Of a stretch of 64,000 nt of DNA, positions 37,217 through 64,000 are shown one piece after another. Under the pieces are notes generated by a model, which was given only the letters and a program-made list of their open reading frames with translations, was not told the DNA's origin and searched no databases. The stretch covers positions 351,029-415,028 of the forward strand of contig JAWQFM010000033.1 in assembly GCA_033442325.1 (NCBI GenBank), given 5' to 3'. Source of the DNA: Salpingoeca rosetta. Its lineage: Eukaryota > Protista > Choanoflagellata. Both the position numbers and the translations under genes were made by a program. The stretch's first letter is position 1. Every line of letters starts with the position of its first letter.

Positions 37217-38674
37217 ATGGCGCAACGCCCAGCAGCGCCGGCAACAACCGCGGGTGCAACAGTACATTTGCAGCACCCTACACCTCAGCAGCAGCTACAG
37301 CAACAGCAGCAGCAAATGCACCAGCATCCCGGACCGTTTCCAGGCATGCTCGGATTCCAGTCACCACAAATGCACGCATTGCAACAGCAACCCCAGCAGC
37401 AACAGCAACAACCTACACACATGTACCAGCAGTGGATGCATGCACCGCACATGCAGCACCAGCAGCAACAACCAGGGGCGCAGCAAGTGATACCGTCCGT
37501 GTTCAACCATCCGCAACTCTACAGCTTCATGCACGGGCAACAACAGCCACATCAGCAACCACAACAGCAGCAACAGCAACCCTCAGTGAGCAATGCGACC
37601 GGTACAGGGGGCGGCGGCTACGTCCCACCCGATGGTGGGGTGTTGCAGCAACAGCGCATGTTCCACGCGCCGCCGTTTTCCCTGCCATCGTGGCTACAGG
37701 TGAGCGGTGCACATCCTTGGGCGCAGCACGGCCACCACCACCAGCAACACCAGCAACACCAGCAACCGCAGCAACAGTTTTTGCAACAACAGCAACCCAT
37801 CCAGCCCCAGCAGAAGAAGCAAGCGGTGATACCCTCGGTCGTGGCTGGCCCAGGCACGGCTCGTGGCAAGCGCACCTCGTCCCCGCTCGCCATCGCAACA
37901 TCCACTGGCGGGAAAGCGGCAAAGACAACCGGCTCAACGTCGTCGGTGAAGGCGCGGCGACAGCGTGCAGGAAAGGGTGACAGGCGGCAGCACCGCAGAC
38001 AGCAGCAGCAGCAGCACGCAAGGGGTGCAGGGCGCGCGGTCTCATCTGGGCGGTCGTCTAGCGACAAAGGCATGGACACGCACACGGACATTGAATGCTC
38101 GGGCGTGACCGCGGCAGGCCGTCGGCGTGGTGGAGCTGACGGTTACGATGAAGTCGGTGGGGAACAAGACGAGGGAGGTGATGAAGATGAAGGCAGGGGC
38201 CAGGGAGAAACCGCCTCTGCTCAACAACAGCAGCAACAGCAACGGCAACGGCATCAGGTGCAGCCTGGTCCGGGCACGCTTGCTCTGCAGCAGTCATCAG
38301 CATCTCCCCAACCGTCGTCATCCTCTGTGCGCGGGGCAAAGAAGCCCGTAGGTGGTGACGGGAGCCAAGGCGCAGGGCACGGCATGCATGCCTGGCCAGG
38401 CTCCATGTCTGCGTGGATGTCGTCGCACCTGTGGCCAAAGTCGGAGCAAACGGCAACAGAGCCCACCGCCCCGTCGGCACAGCTGCAAATCAAGCAGGAG
38501 CAGCAAGCGGCGTCACCGCAGCAGCCGCAGCAGCACCCTGGCGTGCTGTCGTCTGCGTTGCAGTCGATGTTGCACCCAGGCATGCCTCCGGCAGCGATGG
38601 CACAAGCACTACAACAGCTGCAGCAGCACCCACACCAGCAAACGGCGTTCGCGCCGCAGGCAATGCTGCAAATG

Positions 38675-38706
<32 letters not shown>

Positions 38707-40851
38707 ACAGCAGCAGCAGGACCCAGGCGGCAGCTTGACATCTGTGCCGCCGTCACAGGTTATGGCACAACTTGCTGCGCAGAATATGCAAGGTGGCCAC
38801 CCTGGGTTGGCAAACTTCGCGGGTCTGCCATCACAGGGTATGCAGCCTGCTGGTATGCAGCAGTTTGCTCAGCTTCAGCAGTACCTGCAACAGCAGCAAC
38901 AGCAGCAACAACAGCAGCAACAGCAACAGCAACACCAGCAGCCACAAATACCCTCTGTGCTCGGGCCACATGGAGGCTTTCCTTTCCTACCACCACCGCA
39001 TGGCATGCAGTACCCAGGATCCGCGCAGGGGCAGGGGATGGGCATGCCCATTGCGCTGCCGCCAACAAACATGGATGCGCACCTCTCAAGCACCGTGATG
39101 CCACCGCCACATCTGCGCGGCCTTCCAACAGACCCTGCTGTGCGCTCACGCGAGTTGTTGCAGACCATGCCAGAACAGCACCGCCACCCGCAACCGCCGC
39201 CGGGCCAGGCTGGCAGCCAGGTCGTCTGTCCCATCTGCCATCGACGCGGCCGTCAATCGCCCACGAGGTGTGTGTTTGGTTGTGTGTGTGTTTGGTTGTG
39301 TGTGTGTTTGGTTGTGTGTGTGTTTGGTTGTGTTGTGGTGTGTGTTGTGTTCTGCTGACAGTTGCACATTGATCGTGTGATTTCTTGCTGACCGCGGATG
39401 ATTGGCGAATAATTTTCGCTGATTTTCACCGTTCCCAATGAATTGTGATCGCGTGTTGGGCGATTTCTTCTGCAATGCAGAATATGCTCCGTCTGCTACA
39501 GGTGCGGTGCATCGGTTGTGTGCGCGCGCGCGTGTGTGTGCTGGCGTATGTGTGTGTGTGTGTGTGTGTGCGCGCGTGCGTGTGTGTGTGTGTGTGTGCT
39601 GGCGTATGTGTGTGTATCCTGAGATGGGCTTCGCTGGTCTTCTGTGGCAGAGGCGTAGCCCATCAACAGATGTGTTCATTGCTGAAATGCACCCTCACGC
39701 ACACACTCCCACGCACGCACTCACACGCACGCACTCACACGCATGCACTCACACTTACCTGCACCTGTATTGCAGTGGGCTGTACAATGACGTGCGCAAG
39801 TGGAAACGAATGGTCGGCAACGATGTAGATCCTCACATGACCATGGAAGACTTTTTGCAACGTACGGAGTGGTGTACGGCTGTGTATGTGTGTGTGCACG
39901 CGCGTGTGTTTCGTTGTGTGTTGTGTGTGTGTTTGTTTTGTGTGTGCATTGTGGGTACTTTTTCATGTGCATGTGCATGCGTGTGCACAAGTGCGAGCGT
40001 CATTTTATTCTTCCCCTCTTTCTGTTCGTTGGTTTTGTCTGTTGGTTCTCGCTGTGCGCGTGCACGTAAACATGGTGTGGATGAGCTGTTGTCGCACGTG
40101 TGGTGCATAGTTGCGAATGGATTATGCTTTCTTGCTCAGCTCACACCTGGCACTCATTCCCTCCTCCCCTCTTCCCCACACTCGCATACAACACTTCAGA
40201 ATTGAAAGCCATGCCTCGTGGGTGCACCAATGGCTATCGCTGCAACTATGAACGAACCAGTGGTGGGTTGATTTCTTCATGTCAATTGTGTGTGTGTACG
40301 GGTGTGTTGTGTGACCGAGCGCGCGCACGTGTGTATTGAACACCTGTGTGAATGCATGTGTATGCGTGTGACAGACAACAGTCGGTCGCGCCACACATTT
40401 ATCGTTTTCGAAGCCATTTTGTTCGCCTGACGTTCCCCATTGCATTGCGGATGACACGGCGCTACAATCATGCCGCTTCTCTTCATTTCATCCTCCCCGC
40501 TCTAACATTGTTGCATCATAACCCACTCTTGATACTGAAGCCTCGCCGCAGTGCACACGCTGCCGCACCCTCAAAGTCTGCGCATTTGCGCCTGAACTGC
40601 TGCAGCGAAGTAAGCGCGCGCGTGTGTGTTTGTGCGTGTGCATGTGTGTTTCCGTTCACGTGCGTGTGCGTTTGCGTAAGGCTCATATATCTGAGCCTGC
40701 GTTTGCGTCAGAGTGGCCTTGGGTTGATGTGAAACGAGGGCACAGCATTTCCCAGCCAAACCCATTGTCCACTCACTCTCCCTGCAACTGAACCCACAAC
40801 GCTTTGTCTTCTCACTCCCTCCCTCCCTCCACCACCATCACGCCAACACGC

Positions 40852-40901
<50 letters not shown>

Positions 40902-40927
40902 CTTAAACAACAACAACAACAACAACT

Positions 40928-40982
<55 letters not shown>

Positions 40983-40996
40983 CTTAAACAACAACT

Positions 40997-41033
<37 letters not shown>

Positions 41034-41035
41034 CT

Positions 41036-41129
<94 letters not shown>

Positions 41130-41588
41130 AAACCACCTCTTCCCAATGAATGCAGTTCTGCGTCGCATGGTGCTCAGGCGCGGGCCTGCCTCTGCTGTCA
41201 AGGGAGGCGAGGACGACTTTGAGCCCGGCGACAGCGACGACTTGGTGGGCAGTGGCCGGCCAAGCGACGACGATGACGATGATGATGATGATGACGACGA
41301 TGACGAAAAGGTGCATGGTCGCGGCGGCAGCGGAAGCAGTGGCAGCAGCAGCAGTAGTAGTGATGGTGGTGGTGGTGGTCACGGCGAGACCGGCCCTGTT
41401 GTAAAGAATGACGACGACGCAGAGGTAAACGCGGTTGCTGAAGCGTTGCGTGCAGGCACACGACCAGCGACAAGCACAGCCGATGACGACGACGACGACG
41501 ACGACAACAACAGCAACCAAAACAACAGCAACCACAACAGCAACAGCAACCACAACAGCAACAGCAACAACAACAACAACAAAAGCAA

Positions 41589-41623
<35 letters not shown>

Positions 41624-42150
41624 ACACCAGCAATGACACGAGTAACGACAGCGATGGTGATGGCGCTGGCGAGTGCACGGATGGGCACCACTGCCCCAAA
41701 CCCATGGATGTGGGGATGGACATGCGTGCGGCTGCCAACGCAAGCTCACGCGCGTCGAGCGAAATTGCCGATTCTGAGGAGAAGTTAGGTCGTGTTGAAG
41801 TGCGCCCGGGCCCTGCAGCGGAAGGTAGCAACGCCAACAACAACAACACCAACAACGCCAACATCACCAAAACCAACAACGGCAATGGGCATAAGGCAAC
41901 AGCGCGCACGGCCAGGGCTTCCCCGCCACTACGGCCACACTTGACAATGATGCAGCCAATGGTTGAGACGCGTGCCACTGGGCGTACAACAACGCAGCCG
42001 GCACCAGCTACATCTGCTACTGCCACTCCACCGACCGCCATGGCCACCGATGACGATGACGGTGATGATGGCAGCGGTACAGGCTCGTGTGGTGGCAGTG
42101 GTGGTGATGAGCGCACGAAGCTGCTGACAACGTCGCTCAGCCGCTCATGA
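37217..42150 (+). CDS. Putative transcription factor: Q/P-rich N-terminus, two C4 zinc fingers with nuclear-receptor-like spacing, low-complexity C-terminus
   Basis: Exons 37217-39267, 39481-39501, 39776-39861, 40200-40262, 40541-40609 and 41156-42150 are all GT/AG and phase-consistent. They yield CPIC-x11-CSVC-x38-C-x5-C-x10[10 protein letters not shown]. Confidence 0.75.
40851..41128. repeat. (AAC)n satellite with in-register TTA interruptions, intronic (reverse complement of the 27420 repeat type)
   Basis: Directly visible just upstream of the acceptor at 41155. Confidence 0.95.
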
Positions 42151-43482
42151 CCCGGTTGGCCTGTCAAGCTGAATGGCACGGATGGTTGCCTGCAGGGCAA
42201 CGATGCGTGCTGAAGGAAGGGTGCGTGCTGAGGGTTCGCTACTGCCACACGTGGATACGTGGAGTTCGTGGCCGAATTGCGAACACGAGCGCGCGTGGCC
42301 CTAATAGAGCACCTGTCTGTGATGCTGACCCTGTCCACTGTAATTTTGTTATTTTGTGCTGACCACAGTGGACCTGCGATCACGTATGAATTACCTGTAT
42401 GCTGGCTGTCCTGGCACTGTGTTGTGATTCGCTTCGTTGGCGACACGCTGTGTATAAGCGGGCGCGTGTGCATGTGTGTGAGTGTGCGTGCGTGCGTGTG
42501 TGTGTGTGGGTGTGTTTGCACGTGCGCACGTTGCTCTTGTGCGCACGTTGCTTGTGTGCATGTGTATGGATAGATTTCCGAGCGTGGTGTTGACAACCAT
42601 GCTCCTTCCTTGCGTGTTCTGTTTACTTGGCAGTATGAGGTAGCCTTTCATAGATTCTACACCCCATTATTGAAGGGTGGTCGTTGGCTTGATCCCTTGG
42701 CCTGCGTAGACCTTGGCCTGTTGTTTTGTATGTATGATTAGAAGTGTGTTTGCGTTTTTGGTTTTGCGTGATATCCTTCTTCAACCCTCGTTAGTGCAAC
42801 CGTGTGTGGTCTCACTGGTGTGGGGTGTGCGGTCTTTGTTCATTTTTACCCTTCGTCGTTCACCGTCATCACCTGTTTGAGCAAGTGGCTCCCCCATGCA
42901 TGTGTTTTTTGTTTGCCTTGTCTCGTTACATTAAAACAACAACCTCCTCTCCCGTCGTCGTCCCCCCCCCCCCGTCTCCTTCTGCTGTCCCCTCCCCCCT
43001 AGCCAACCGCCGAAGCAAAGCGAAGCAAAGCGAAGCAAAGCAAGCAAGCCCACACAATCACCCACACACTTCCCTGACCGGCCAACCACGGCACAACCAC
43101 CATCCAACCCGCATCGCCAACCCCAAAGCATGCAGGGTTGTGTCACACAGCATGTTGAAACGCGCCGTTCGGTCAGGATTCACGCAACGCCACGACGGTG
43201 TTTTGCTATATTTTCATACAATTATCGATGTATTACATCATGAGGGCGCGCGAATCTCGCGCTGGTTGGCGGCGTGCAAAATTGCGTGGGTAAAGACGAG
43301 GCTGGCGATTGGGCGTTGTGCTGCGTTTGTGCTGTGCGTTTGTGTGAGCGGACGATTGATGTTGGTGTGCAAGGATGCACGCAGCCCAACCCAGCAAACC
43401 CTCTCCTCCAACCAGCAAAGGTTTTGATTTGGCCACACCACCACCACGTTTCTCGCATGCATGTGCGCTTCTCGCGTGTTCC

Positions 43483-63999
<20,517 letters not shown>

Positions 64000-64000
64000 C

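Overview
Eukaryotic, intron-rich, microsatellite-dense DNA. Composition and gene content suggest a choanoflagellate such as Salpingoeca (my inference, not a database result). Most entries in the ORF track are microsatellite artefacts. Manual splicing with GT/AG and phase checks supports nine protein-coding genes: (1) a SENP6/7-like SUMO protease, minus strand, running off the left edge, with a ~1000-aa insert inside its catalytic domain; (2) a secreted stalked 7-repeat beta-propeller protein with a cubilin-like N-terminal motif; (3) an intronless ABM-type alpha/beta-barrel protein; (4) a BBE/6-HDNO-type FAD-linked oxidase; (5) a small ubiquitin-like-domain protein; (6) an ankyrin plus FG-repeat protein; (7) a secreted GH31 glycosidase with a DUF5648-like insert and a missing internal segment; (8) a Q-rich putative transcription factor; (9) a giant PLC-epsilon-like phospholipase C. 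Top finding: gene 8, once spliced through a 21-nt microexon, encodes a two-finger C4 zinc domain with nuclear-receptor-like cysteine spacing, a family regarded as animal-specific. Other leads: introns polarised with GT-rich 5' ends and complementary CA-rich 3' ends, and an ABM/FAD-oxidase gene pair sharing an upstream ATGACGTCATC element. No CRISPR array, RNA gene or transposon could be supported.
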